Shown here: positions 10,235 through 19,931 of the stretch, piece after piece
Layout: each line of letters opens with the position of its first letter
Position numbering within the stretch: the stretch's first letter is position 1
Source of the DNA: Spirochaetales bacterium
GTDB lineage: Bacteria; Spirochaetota; Spirochaetia; Sphaerochaetales; Sphaerochaetaceae
Direction of reading: 5' to 3'
Assembly: GCA_012519115.1 (NCBI GenBank)
Contig: JAAYQW010000050.1
Location: forward strand, 2,459-66,458
DNA length: 64,000 nucleotides
Notes under the pieces: model-generated
Database searches by the model: none
The model's input: the letters and a program-made list of their open reading frames with translations, nothing else
What the model was told of the DNA's origin: nothing
Translations under genes and position numbers: made by a program

Positions 10235-10553
10235 CAAAGCTCTCCTTAGCCAATACCGGATAGAGATGATAGGCGGGGGTTTCATACGGGTGAGCGGCCA
10301 GCAACGCTTCGATGACCTCTTTGATCACCTGTTCCGAAACGATCATCTCGACGCGCCACTCCTCCACCCTTTCCACCACATCTTCACTCCCGATGAACGG
10401 GTCGCTTCCTGCCAAGGGCTTGAATTGTCCTTCGCCTCTGACTTGGAAGCTGCACTGGTCATAGTTGCCCATGGTCCCGGCACCTTTTGCAAAAAGGGCG
10501 TTCTTCACTTCTTCGAGATGAGTACCCGGAACAAAGAAAACAAGGGCATACAT
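10221..10553 (-). CDS. Stand-alone YqfO/Nif3 PII-like domain protein
   Basis: MYALVFFVP...GAGTMGNYDQCSF...GQFKPLAGSDPFIG...AHPYETPAY; the listed 354-aa ORF is over-extended and the ATG at 10553 follows a promoter. Confidence 0.85.
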   Translation of the reverse strand: MYALVFFVPGTHLEEVKNALFAKGAGTMGNYDQCSFQVRGEGQFKPLAGSDPFIGSEDVVERVEEWRVEMIVSEQVIKEVIEALLAAHPYETPAYHLYPVLAKESFDGHP

Positions 10554-10616
10554 GAACACATCATACGAAAGAGCATCCATCTTGTCATGGAGGAGCCCCT
10601 CTTTTACACTTCCGAT

Positions 10617-11138
10617 ATGATTAAATTGATCGTCTTTCTTGGCAATCCCGGAAAAACCCATGAGCTGACTCGGCATAATGTCGGGTGGATGGTTGCGAAG
10701 GAAGCATATGGTCCGATCGCCTGGAGCGAGAAGTTCTCCGCCAAAATCGCCAAGGACGGACCGGTCCATCTGCTCAAGCCGCTGACCTACATGAATGAAA
10801 GCGGCCGATCGGTCGGACTGGCGAGCTCCTATTTCGGAATCAGGAGTGATGAAGTTCTCGTGGTCTCCGATGATCTGGAGCTTGATTTCGGAACGATTCG
10901 CCTTCAGCAGGGGGGAGGATTGAAAGGACACAACGGGTTGAAATCGATCCAAAGCTCCTTGGGCTCCGGTGATTTTTGGCGGTTGAGAATCGGAATAGGC
11001 CGACCGATCCACGGATCGGTGTCCTCGTTCGTCCTTTCCCGGTTCACACCGGAAGAAGAAATCTCCCTTCCGCTGGTTTTGCAGGAGGCGACAAAGCTCC
11101 TTGGAAGGAGCATCCCCGCACAGCGGGTGCTCCTCTAA
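10617..11138 (+). CDS. pth: Peptidyl-tRNA hydrolase
   Basis: LIVFLGNPG, TRHNVG, KPLTYMNESG, GHNGLKSI and RLRIGIGRP; start at 10617. Confidence 0.95.
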   Translation: MIKLIVFLGNPGKTHELTRHNVGWMVAKEAYGPIAWSEKFSAKIAKDGPVHLLKPLTYMNESGRSVGLASSYFGIRSDEVLVVSDDLELDFGTIRLQQGGGLKGHNGLKSIQSSLGSGDFWRLRIGIGRPIHGSVSSFVLSRFTPEEEISLPLVLQEATKLLGRSIPAQRVLL

Positions 11139-11202
11139 GCAGGGGTTACAACATCTCCTCTGCGTGATATACTCACAATACCACTGGTCTGGGAGGTGCC
11201 TC

Positions 11203-14200
11203 TTGATTCCACGCGATTTCAGAATTTCCGTACGGGCCCGTACCGAGCTTGATTTCTTTCCTCCGCTCTTTCCCTCAGATGCCAACTTGAACGAGCTCTA
11301 TCAGGAAGCCACCGAGCTTGCGTACCGGTATAATGAAAAGGTTCGAAGCAAAGGCGGCAACGATTATCTTTCCAGCGGAAAGCTCCACGCGGTCGCGGTC
11401 CTTCATCAGCTCTATCAAAGCGTTCTTTCCAGCTTTTTAAGCACGAACGAACCGGACTTCTTCAGCCGGCTCGGCATCCTGGTGGGGAAAAACCATGATG
11501 TGGAAGAAGTCTTGACGTTCTATATGAAGGAGTTCCCTTCTCCCCTGCTCGTTTCGAAATCGTATCCGGTGGAATTTCACTACCTCGAATCCCTTCGTGG
11601 CTACTTCATCCATCAAGTCATGGAGGAGAACCCCGCTCTCATCGCCGCGGCCAAACCGCTGTTGAAGCCGGAGGGATTGTTCTTCCCAAAAGCCCACCAA
11701 GCCCTTACCGCACTGATGGGCGGGTATGTTCAACAACGCACCGCAAAGAAAGAGGAGGATCTCTTTTCGTTCCTTACCCGACCGGCGCGCCTCTATCCCG
11801 ATTCGCTGCTTGACCAGATTCGATATATCCTCGAGCACTGGGCGGATATGATCGACAGCGAGCTTAAGCGTCTCCTGCTGCGGGCGATCGACTATGTCCA
11901 AGAGGAGGAAAAGCCGCACTTCCCGTCCGGCGGTCCCGCTCCTCCGATGCCGGTGATCGACTATTCCCTCTTCGATCATGAATATGAAGCGTTCACCGCC
12001 GATCGAAACTGGATGCCCAATGTCGTAATGATCGCAAAATCCACCTTGGTGTGGCTCGATCAGTTGACGAAGGAGTATGGGTATCCGATCGATAGGCTCG
12101 ACAAGATACCGGAGCGGGAAATTGAGCTGTTGGCCAAACAGGGATTCACCGCCCTGTGGCTGATTGGCATCTGGGAGCGCTCAAGCGCGAGCAAGATGAT
12201 CAAGAACCTTTCCGGCAACCCCGATGCCGAAGCTTCGGCGTACTCCTTGAAGAACTATGAGATTGCATCCCTCATCGGAGGATGGAGCGCCTTGGAGTCG
12301 CTTCGCCACATCTGTTCCAAATATGGAGTCCGCCTTGCCAGCGACATGGTTCCCAACCATACGGGAATCGACAGTGACTGGGTGATGAGCAACCCCGATC
12401 TCTTCATCTGGCAGAGCCATCCTCCCTTCCCCTCCTACACGTACAACGGACCGAACCTTTCCTTCAACCCCAACGTTGAAATCAAGCTGGAAGACCACTA
12501 CTACGATCGCAGCGATGCGGCTGTCACGTTCCGGAGAAGAGATGTCAACACCGGAGAAACACGCTATATCTTCCACGGCAACGACGGGACATCGATGCCC
12601 TGGAACGACACTGCACAGCTCGATTTCCTCAATCCGACGACGCGGGAGATGGTGTATCAGCAGATCAAGCACGTTGCCGCGAACTTCCCGATCATCCGTT
12701 TCGATGCGGCGATGACGCTGGCGAAGAAGCATATGCAACGGCTTTGGTATCCCCGTCCAGGCCACGGCGGCGATATCGCCGGCCGAGCCCCCCATTCACT
12801 CGAGGATGAGAAGTTCCACAGCCTGATTCCCAATGAATTCTGGCGGGAGGTCGTCGATCGGATCAACGAGGAACTGCCTGACACCCTCCTCCTTGCCGAG
12901 GCGTTCTGGATGATGGAGGGCTACTTCGTCCGGACTCTGGGAATGCACCGAGTGTATAACAGCGCGTTCATGAACATGCTTAAAAACCAGGAGAATCGGA
13001 AATACCGCGAAACAATCAAAAACACCCTCAGCTATGAGCCGGAAATTCTCAAGCGCTTCGTGAACTTCATGAACAACCCCGATGAGGAGACCGCGATCGC
13101 TCAATTCGGTGACGGGGACAAGTATTTCGGAGTATGCACCCTCCTCGCCACGATGCCGGGCCTTCCCATGTTCGGTCACGGCCAGATTGAAGGATTCAGG
13201 GAAAAATACGGGATGGAGTACCGGCGAGCCTACTGGGATGAGACGGCCAATCAACACCTCGTCGACGAACACAACCGAAGAATCTTTCCCCTGCTGAAGC
13301 GTCGCTATCTCTTCAGCGATGTGGAGCATTTTGAACTCTTCGATCTGGTTCAAGACGGATTCGTCCATGAATCGGCGTTCTGTTACGTCAACGGAACGGA
13401 CACCGAACGCTCGCTCGTCCTCTACAACAACCAGTATGAGATGGTCGAGGGAACGATCAAGCACTCCTCCCCCAAGCTGATAAAACAGGATGGAGGCAGG
13501 CACTCCGCCACCACGTCACTGGCGGAAAGCCTCGGACTGACGTTAAGCGGTCGCCGCTTCGTCATCTGGGATTGCTTTACCGACAATCTCACCTATATGA
13601 CTCCTTCGCTCAGGCTCTTTGATGACGGACTTCGGGTCCACCTCTGGGGATTTGAAACAAAGGTTCTTCTCAATATCCGTGAAGTCGAAGATACCGATGG
13701 GGTCTACGCCGAGCTGTACGAACGAATCGGGGATCGGGGAATCGCCAACTTCGAAGAAGAGATCATGGCTCTCCGCCTCCGCCCGATCATCGAGGCGATG
13801 GAGAACCTTCGCTCGGAAGGTTTCTTCGCCCTCCTTTCGTCGATCTTTGATCGGACGAACACCTCCAAAGCGGAACGAACGCTCCTTCTCTCCCTGGGGG
13901 AAGCGTATGCTCATCTGACTACCGCCTATGAGCTGCTCCACCCTCAGACGAAAAAGATCCTCAGCCATCCGCCGCGTGACCCCGATGTGAAAGCGATCAT
14001 GGAGACCGTCAAACGCCTCAACACCCTCTTTGCCGATCCCGCCACACGCCTCTTCAGTCAAAGCCGGGTTCTCCTCGATGAGCTCGGAGTGGTTGTCAGT
14101 TCGGCGTTCTTCCTGAATCCGTTCGTCGGAGAAAATACCGATATAGATGTGATCATCACCCTTGCCGAGCGGCTCCAGCTCTGCCGTTTCTACGCCGATG

Positions 14201-14544
14201 AGCTGAACAAAGCGGGGTTTGTCGGTGATGATCAGCGCAAAGCGTGCCAAAGCGGTGCGATCGTGTTGGGCGCTCACCGAGCGTACAGAAAGGGGGATAA
14301 GCCTCAGGAGACGCTCGCCCGTCTTATGGAAGAGGAACGGGTTCGCGCATATACCTTGGTGAATGAATATCAGGGGGTCATATGGTTTGACAAGGAAAGA
14401 ATGCAGGAACTCATCGTCCTCAGTGCGCTCTCCATTGCGATGAACGAACCGGAGTTCGATCCCACCTCCTACGTGAAAACCCTTTTTGATGCACAATTGA
14501 ACGCCTCATATCGACTCAAACGCCTCCTCGCGCTCCCGGAGTAA
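11203..14544 (+). CDS. Large GH13 alpha-amylase family protein
   Basis: DMVPNHTG (region I), RFDAAM (II), LAEAFW (III), FMNNPDE (IV) and WNDTAQLDF; GGAGGTG SD before the TTG at 11203. Confidence 0.85.
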   Translation: MIPRDFRISVRARTELDFFPPLFPSDANLNELYQEATELAYRYNEKVRSKGGNDYLSSGKLHAVAVLHQLYQSVLSSFLSTNEPDFFSRLGILVGKNHDVEEVLTFYMKEFPSPLLVSKSYPVEFHYLESLRGYFIHQVMEENPALIAAAKPLLKPEGLFFPKAHQALTALMGGYVQQRTAKKEEDLFSFLTRPARLYPDSLLDQIRYILEHWADMIDSELKRLLLRAIDYVQEEEKPHFPSGGPAPPMPVIDYSLFDHEYEAFTADRNWMPNVVMIAKSTLVWLDQLTKEYGYPIDRLDKIPEREIELLAKQGFTALWLIGIWERSSASKMIKNLSGNPDAEASAYSLKNYEIASLIGGWSALESLRHICSKYGVRLASDMVPNHTGIDSDWVMSNPDLFIWQSHPPFPSYTYNGPNLSFNPNVEIKLEDHYYDRSDAAVTFRRRDVNTGETRYIFHGNDGTSMPWNDTAQLDFLNPTTREMVYQQIKHVAANFPIIRFDAAMTLAKKHMQRLWYPRPGHGGDIAGRAPHSLEDEKFHSLIPNEFWREVVDRINEELPDTLLLAEAFWMMEGYFVRTLGMHRVYNSAFMNMLKNQENRKYRETIKNTLSYEPEILKRFVNFMNNPDEETAIAQFGDGDKYFGVCTLLATMPGLPMFGHGQIEGFREKYGMEYRRAYWDETANQHLVDEHNRRIFPLLKRRYLFSDVEHFELFDLVQDGFVHESAFCYVNGTDTERSLVLYNNQYEMVEGTIKHSSPKLIKQDGGRHSATTSLAESLGLTLSGRRFVIWDCFTDNLTYMTPSLRLFDDGLRVHLWGFETKVLLNIREVEDTDGVYAELYERIGDRGIANFEEEIMALRLRPIIEAMENLRSEGFFALLSSIFDRTNTSKAERTLLLSLGEAYAHLTTAYELLHPQTKKILSHPPRDPDVKAIMETVKRLNTLFADPATRLFSQSRVLLDELGVVVSSAFFLNPFVGENTDIDVIITLAERLQLCRFYADELNKAGFVGDDQRKACQSGAIVLGAHRAYRKGDKPQETLARLMEEERVRAYTLVNEYQGVIWFDKERMQELIVLSALSIAMNEPEFDPTSYVKTLFDAQLNASYRLKRLLALPE

Positions 14545-14548
14545 CGCC

Positions 14549-15649
14549 ATGCCCAAAGAAACGTGCTATATAGATCGAACCGCCTTGGAGCACTTCTGTA
14601 CTCAAGTGTTCATCACTCTCGGTCTTTCAGAGGAAGAAGCCGTTCATTCCTCCGAGATTCTCGTCAGCGCGGATGCCCGCGGAATCGCCAGTCATGGAGT
14701 CGCCCGTCTCTGGCGGTATGAAAACGGCCTTCGACTCGGGATTATGAGTGGCGGTATCCAGCCGACGGTTCTCCGCGAAACTCCGATTTCCCTTGTTCTC
14801 GATGCCAACGGGGCTATGGGCATGAGTCTCAGCAGAAAGACGATGGATCGAGTCATTGAAAAAGCGAAGGTTTCCGGCGCCGGATTTGCTTCCATTCGGA
14901 ACAGCAACCACTTTGGAATCGCGGGATATTACTCGGAGATGGCCGCTCGCAACGATATGATCGGCATTTCGATGACAAACACCGCAGCCCTCGGTGTTCC
15001 CACGTTCGGAGCCGCGGCGATGTTCGGCACGAACCCGATTGCCGTCGCCCTTCCCGGACACGGCAAATACCTGTTCAGCCTTGATATGTCCACGACGACG
15101 GTTACTCGGGGAAAGATTGAGGTGTACAACCGTGAGGGACTTTCGCTCCCTTCAGGATGGGCGGTCGATCCGAGGGGAGTCGTAACATCCGACGCTGCTC
15201 AACTCCTTGATGACATGCTCTTCCAACGAGGCGGCGGGCTTCTTCCGCTTGGCGGAGCCGGGGAGGAGCTCGGAGGACACAAAGGCTATGGCTTGGCCGT
15301 CCTTGTCGATATGATGACGGCGATCCTAAGCGGCGGCACGTTCGGAAAATCCGTGAAAGACAGCGAAGCGACGAGCGCCCGGGTCTGTCATTTCTTCGGA
15401 GCGATCCGCCTCGATCTGTTCCGCGATCCGGATGAGCTCAAAAACGATGTCGATGCGCTCTTATCCGAACTCAATGAAACACCCGTCGCCGAAGGACAGG
15501 ACCGTGTACTATGGGCCGGGCAGAAAGAACAGGAAGCCGAAGCGCGAGCGAACTTGGAGGGAGTTCCCTTGTCAATGAACGTGGTCTCCCAATTGCGGAC
15601 CATCGGGAAAGACCTAGGAATAGCCTTTCCTCGCCTTCTTTCCAAATGA
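14549..15649 (+). CDS. Ldh_2 family (malate/L-lactate/sulfolactate-type) oxidoreductase
   Basis: ADARGIASHG, SNHFGIAGYY, FGTNPIA, LDMST and GGHKGYGLA motifs. Confidence 0.9.
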   Translation: MPKETCYIDRTALEHFCTQVFITLGLSEEEAVHSSEILVSADARGIASHGVARLWRYENGLRLGIMSGGIQPTVLRETPISLVLDANGAMGMSLSRKTMDRVIEKAKVSGAGFASIRNSNHFGIAGYYSEMAARNDMIGISMTNTAALGVPTFGAAAMFGTNPIAVALPGHGKYLFSLDMSTTTVTRGKIEVYNREGLSLPSGWAVDPRGVVTSDAAQLLDDMLFQRGGGLLPLGGAGEELGGHKGYGLAVLVDMMTAILSGGTFGKSVKDSEATSARVCHFFGAIRLDLFRDPDELKNDVDALLSELNETPVAEGQDRVLWAGQKEQEAEARANLEGVPLSMNVVSQLRTIGKDLGIAFPRLLSK

Positions 15650-15799
15650 CATGCTCCTTTAACCCCTCTTCGAAGTATTTCTTTCGATGTAATTCACCTC
15701 AGATCATTGTTGAATGCAGTCGTTTTTCACTGTGCCTTCCGTCAAACACCTCCTTTCCTTTGATTGACTTGCCTCCTTTCATGATGTACCCTGATTTGT

Positions 15800-17047
15800 A
15801 TGAAAACGTGGATTAGTTACTTAGCGGCGACAGCGTTTGGGCTAGCAGCGACATTGGTCTTCGGTGAGTCCTCTTTTTTCCAGCAGGCAATGTATACCGC
15901 CACCGCGGTGCTGGTCAAACTTGGAGGGTTCATCCTCATTCCGTTGGTATTTTTCAGCTTCTCCGCCGGTATTGCTTCCTTGAGAAAAGACAACAAAGGA
16001 TGCACGTTTGCTCGAACTACCGTGTTCTGGAGCGTTTTTTCCACCTTGCTCCTCGCGTTGAGCGCCGCGGCGCTCTTCCGTTTCCTGCCTTTGCCGTTCC
16101 CGGCTTCCACCTCAGCGGGAACGGATGCCGGCAGCCTTTCGAACGTCGGCCTGCAATCGTTCTCTTCTCTCCTGGGGCACCTTACGATCGTCAATCCCTT
16201 CTTTTCGCTGGTGAAAGCGGAAGATTTCCTCCTGCCGGTGATCATCATCGCTTTCTTCTTCGGATGGTTCCTGAAGCCGAATGTTGAGATTATCCGACCC
16301 GCCTATGTAGTCATGAACTCCTTCAGCGAGACGTTCTTCCGACTTGCCAAAGCGTGGGCGCAATGCGGAGCGATCTTTCTGTTCTTCATCTCTTCCCATT
16401 GGCTGGTCTCCGTCGCGAAGGAAGGCACGATCTTCGTGATGCTGCCATTTTTGATGATGTTGACCATTGCGCTGCTTCTTGCCCTCTTTGTCATCCTGCC
16501 GCTTCTTCTTGCGATCTTCTCCCTCTTTTCGGTGAATCCGTATCGGATTCTTTACCGGATGCTCGGTCCCGCTCTTGCCGGATTGTTCTCCGGTTCGATC
16601 TTCTTCACCACCCCCAGCACGATGAGCTTGGCAAGACATAACCTCAGCGTCCAAAAACGGGTCAGCGGAACGGCGATCCCGCTGTACACCCTGATCGGCA
16701 GAGGCGGCTCCGCTCTCGTTTCAACCCTCTCGACCCTGACGATGGTGTATGCGGCGACAGGAAGCATGCCCGAAGACATGGTTCTTCTTTACATCGCCCT
16801 CGCATCGGCGCTCTTCTCCTTCGCGAGTCCGTTGTACCTGGGTTTCGAGGTCTTCTTCATCACCTCCCTTACCCTCAATTTCCTCAAGATCGATCTCTAT
16901 GGAGCTCATATGTCGATGGTCGCCCTGATGCCGATTCTCAACGGTGTCGGCGTTCTCATCGATACGTACGTCGCATCCTTCGGAGCGGCGTATACATGCA
17001 GTCGAATGGGTGTTTTAGTAAAAACTCCTCACCGTGACATCGTATGA
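15800..17047 (+). CDS. Divergent dicarboxylate/amino acid:cation symporter (DAACS/SDF)-like membrane protein
   Basis: 415 aa with many TMs; IPLVFFSFSAGIASL and VNPFFSL...LLPVIIIAFFFG resemble SDF; canonical NMDG motif absent. Confidence 0.7.
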   Translation: MKTWISYLAATAFGLAATLVFGESSFFQQAMYTATAVLVKLGGFILIPLVFFSFSAGIASLRKDNKGCTFARTTVFWSVFSTLLLALSAAALFRFLPLPFPASTSAGTDAGSLSNVGLQSFSSLLGHLTIVNPFFSLVKAEDFLLPVIIIAFFFGWFLKPNVEIIRPAYVVMNSFSETFFRLAKAWAQCGAIFLFFISSHWLVSVAKEGTIFVMLPFLMMLTIALLLALFVILPLLLAIFSLFSVNPYRILYRMLGPALAGLFSGSIFFTTPSTMSLARHNLSVQKRVSGTAIPLYTLIGRGGSALVSTLSTLTMVYAATGSMPEDMVLLYIALASALFSFASPLYLGFEVFFITSLTLNFLKIDLYGAHMSMVALMPILNGVGVLIDTYVASFGAAYTCSRMGVLVKTPHRDIV

Positions 17048-17805
17048 GTAAAGGGGTTCGGTTTACGATCAACCTCATTCAGGGCCTGATTACCATGGCC
17101 CTGACTTTTATTGCGGTCGTCGCCTTCATCGCTTCGGAAGATGGGCATCTCGCCTCTGAAACTCGCGCCCACCTTTGGCCGGCATTGATTCATATATGGA
17201 TCACCTTCCTTACCTCCCTGCTTCTGATCACCCGGTATCGGGCGAACCTCGGCAGTGAGGCGAAAATCCTGCCGGTGCTCTTTCTTACGATAGTTCTTGC
17301 AAATATCAAGATTCTTCCCCTTCATCAAGCGATCACCGGAACCTTTATCCTTAGCGGAGAAACCCTGAATTTCATCTACCATGGAAGTCTGCTGTATGCC
17401 TCGTTTTTATTCCTGATCGGATCGTTGCTGTTTTTACGGTTGAGTCCCTCGCGCATCATTTTCATAACCTTTGTGGGGGCGGCGGGCTCTGCGCTCCTGG
17501 CCCTGTTGGTCCCCAGCAGCCCCAATGATCCTTCTTTTCTCTTGGAGGTAGGTGTAAGCGATCCGCTCTTCCTGTCGATCTGCATCACGCTTACCGCCCT
17601 GGCCGGTTTGACCTACCTCGTGACCGCGGTAGGCGAACACACCAATCGGGAAACCCGCTTCAAAACCCTCGCCTTCCTGTTCCTTACCGTCGGCAACGCC
17701 TTCGTCTCGATCAGCCAACGGACCTTCTACAACATCATCGGCCTCGTCCTCTACGGAGCGGGAGCGACGATCCTGGTGCTGGTGTCGCGTTCGTACCACA
17801 TCTAG
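17044..17805 (+). CDS. Hypothetical polytopic membrane protein (about 7-8 TM)
   Basis: 253 aa, strongly hydrophobic; ATGA overlap with the symporter stop. Confidence 0.75.
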   Translation: MSKGVRFTINLIQGLITMALTFIAVVAFIASEDGHLASETRAHLWPALIHIWITFLTSLLLITRYRANLGSEAKILPVLFLTIVLANIKILPLHQAITGTFILSGETLNFIYHGSLLYASFLFLIGSLLFLRLSPSRIIFITFVGAAGSALLALLVPSSPNDPSFLLEVGVSDPLFLSICITLTALAGLTYLVTAVGEHTNRETRFKTLAFLFLTVGNAFVSISQRTFYNIIGLVLYGAGATILVLVSRSYHI

Positions 17806-19862
17806 AATGCGGCGATCAGCTCCTTGATGATCTCCTCCTTAGGATTTGCAAGTGTAAAAACGTTGAGATGATCGATTGCCCGGGTTATTGCCACATACAG
17901 GAGTTTCCGAGTCAATTCATTGTTGATTACTTCATCATAGGATTCATTCACTTTGGGGAGAAACGGCAGATACAGCAACACGACAGGAATGTCGAGACCT
18001 TTGGCCGAGTGCAGGGTGGAGAACCGAAGATGTCCATGATACTCTTCTTTGAACGTGAAACGATCGTCATTGATGCGAACGCTTGAAATCCCCGCCTCCG
18101 CCAAAGCCTGCTCAAGCTCCTCGTAGCAGGAGCTCGAAGGGCACATGATGCAGACATTTTCTTTCTCGTACTCAAGCTGCTGGACAAACAGCAGCACTCG
18201 ATCGACGATCATCTTCCGTAGCGTCGATTCGTCACGACCTCGGTGAAGCTCAGGGTTCGGGCCATCGCGCAGCGCTCTTGGTTGCTCATGTTCGCTTCGC
18301 CGCTCAAAACGTTGGGCAAGCTGGTGTATTTGCAACGTGGAGCGATAATTCTCTTGGAGGATCACCCGATGGTCGGATACATCAATCCCCGCTTGAGCGA
18401 AAGAAAACCCCGGTTGATAGATCGCTTGCTCCCCATCGCTTGCAAGAATAATCGATCCGGAAACAAAACGCTTCAGTGCGGCAAGCGTCATGACGGTGAC
18501 ATCTTGTGCCTCATCGACGAACAGGTGATCGAACATCGTTACAGAATGCTCGTCGGCGACCTTGAGCGCTTGAATCGGAAAATATGCGAACGGAAGTTGT
18601 TTCGTCTCATCGATGAACGCTTCGACAGCCTCCTTCGCCTCCCAGATCCGATGGCGCATCGCGTCATCAAGCTCTTTCTCCATTCCGACGCGTTGAACCA
18701 GATCAACGCAGTAGCTTTGGCGGGTATGTCCGAACGCCCAAAGGACATCAACGATTTCATCGTATATATCTTTAGCGCTCCATTCAGAAGAAGCGTAAGG
18801 TTCACAAAGCTTGATAAGGATACCTGTATCCTTTCCGGCCAGCACCCCGAAGCTCTCTCCGCTTTCTTCTATCCGTCTCAGAAGAAAGTGGTGGATCGTC
18901 ATGATCTGGTGGAGTCCGCTATTAAGCAACCGGGTGAGGTAATGACCGTACTTGGCCAAGGCGTTCGTATAGGTCAGAAGCGCGACGTTGCTCTTTTCCG
19001 ATTTTTTCTCTATCGCCTTGAGAAGAACAAGGGTCTTTCCCGTTCCCGGGCCACCGGTGATCAAAAAATCGTTGCTCAAGTCGATTTGGCGAAGTGCCTC
19101 TTCCTGCTGAGCGGATAATCGCAGGATAAGGCGTTCATAATCACGGCGAGTCCGCGTATAGGAAGTCATCGTTCGCATTACGTGCAGATACTCCTCAAGA
19201 TCGCGGGTTTGTCTTTCCAGGGAACGCCGTTGCTCCTGTAAGTCAAACCGTTCATCTCGGAGTTCTTTTATCTTTTTTTCATTTCGATCTTTGTCTCTCT
19301 GAAGTTTCTGAATCTGATGTTCCAATGAATGGATGTGCTCATCGACACGCTCACGTTCTTCTTCGCGTTCCTTCAGTTCAGCGAGCTGATCGGCCAACGA
19401 TCCTTTCTCGGCAAGTGTTTTTTGGAGCTCGATTTGGAGGGTTCGGGCTTTGGCGATAAGTTCGCCTCGGCTCTCCGAGCGAGTCCAGGTATCATCCAAT
19501 TTCCGTTTAATCTCATAGAGCGCCTGCTGAGAATCTTCATCGACATCGATGAAGTAACAGAACGTGTAGAGATGTGCCGCCGCCATCAACGCGTGATCGA
19601 CATCAAGAGCTTTAAACTCGTGGCGGACTTCATTCACCGCCTTATGGGTGGCTTTGAGATTTGCCAAAAATTGCCAGCCGCTCCCGCCTGTTTCTTCGAT
19701 CAATCGATCGCTCAACGCATTGAAGCTCGGCTCCACTTCATAGGAAAGGTCATATCGCCGGCGCAATTCTCCTTCGATGAAGGAATGGACCGCGAGGGCG
19801 AATATTCCCGGATCTCCTCCTTGAAGACGACCCAGACGTTTCAATCGATCATCAATACCCAT
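17802..19862 (-). CDS. SF1 (UvrD/Rep-like) helicase/ATPase with an N-terminal HEPN-like domain and a coiled coil
   Basis: Q motif LSAQQ, Walker A GGPGTGKT, VDEAQD, DGEQAIY, LQENYRS, TLHSAKGLD and LYVAITRA; AGGAGG SD before the ATG at 19862. Confidence 0.85.
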   Translation of the reverse strand: MGIDDRLKRLGRLQGGDPGIFALAVHSFIEGELRRRYDLSYEVEPSFNALSDRLIEETGGSGWQFLANLKATHKAVNEVRHEFKALDVDHALMAAAHLYTFCYFIDVDEDSQQALYEIKRKLDDTWTRSESRGELIAKARTLQIELQKTLAEKGSLADQLAELKEREEERERVDEHIHSLEHQIQKLQRDKDRNEKKIKELRDERFDLQEQRRSLERQTRDLEEYLHVMRTMTSYTRTRRDYERLILRLSAQQEEALRQIDLSNDFLITGGPGTGKTLVLLKAIEKKSEKSNVALLTYTNALAKYGHYLTRLLNSGLHQIMTIHHFLLRRIEESGESFGVLAGKDTGILIKLCEPYASSEWSAKDIYDEIVDVLWAFGHTRQSYCVDLVQRVGMEKELDDAMRHRIWEAKEAVEAFIDETKQLPFAYFPIQALKVADEHSVTMFDHLFVDEAQDVTVMTLAALKRFVSGSIILASDGEQAIYQPGFSFAQAGIDVSDHRVILQENYRSTLQIHQLAQRFERRSEHEQPRALRDGPNPELHRGRDESTLRKMIVDRVLLFVQQLEYEKENVCIMCPSSSCYEELEQALAEAGISSVRINDDRFTFKEEYHGHLRFSTLHSAKGLDIPVVLLYLPFLPKVNESYDEVINNELTRKLLYVAITRAIDHLNVFTLANPKEEIIKELIAAF

Positions 19863-19931
19863 CCGATCCTCCTGCATCCATCTTAGCAGGTTTCGACCGG
19901 TGGAGATATTAAAAGATTATCGGATGGATTG

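Noticed and set aside
10554-11285. Long N-terminal extension of the 354-aa ORF, suggesting a full-length Nif3 protein
   Set aside because: It overlaps pth on the other strand, and a promoter sits directly before the ATG at 10553
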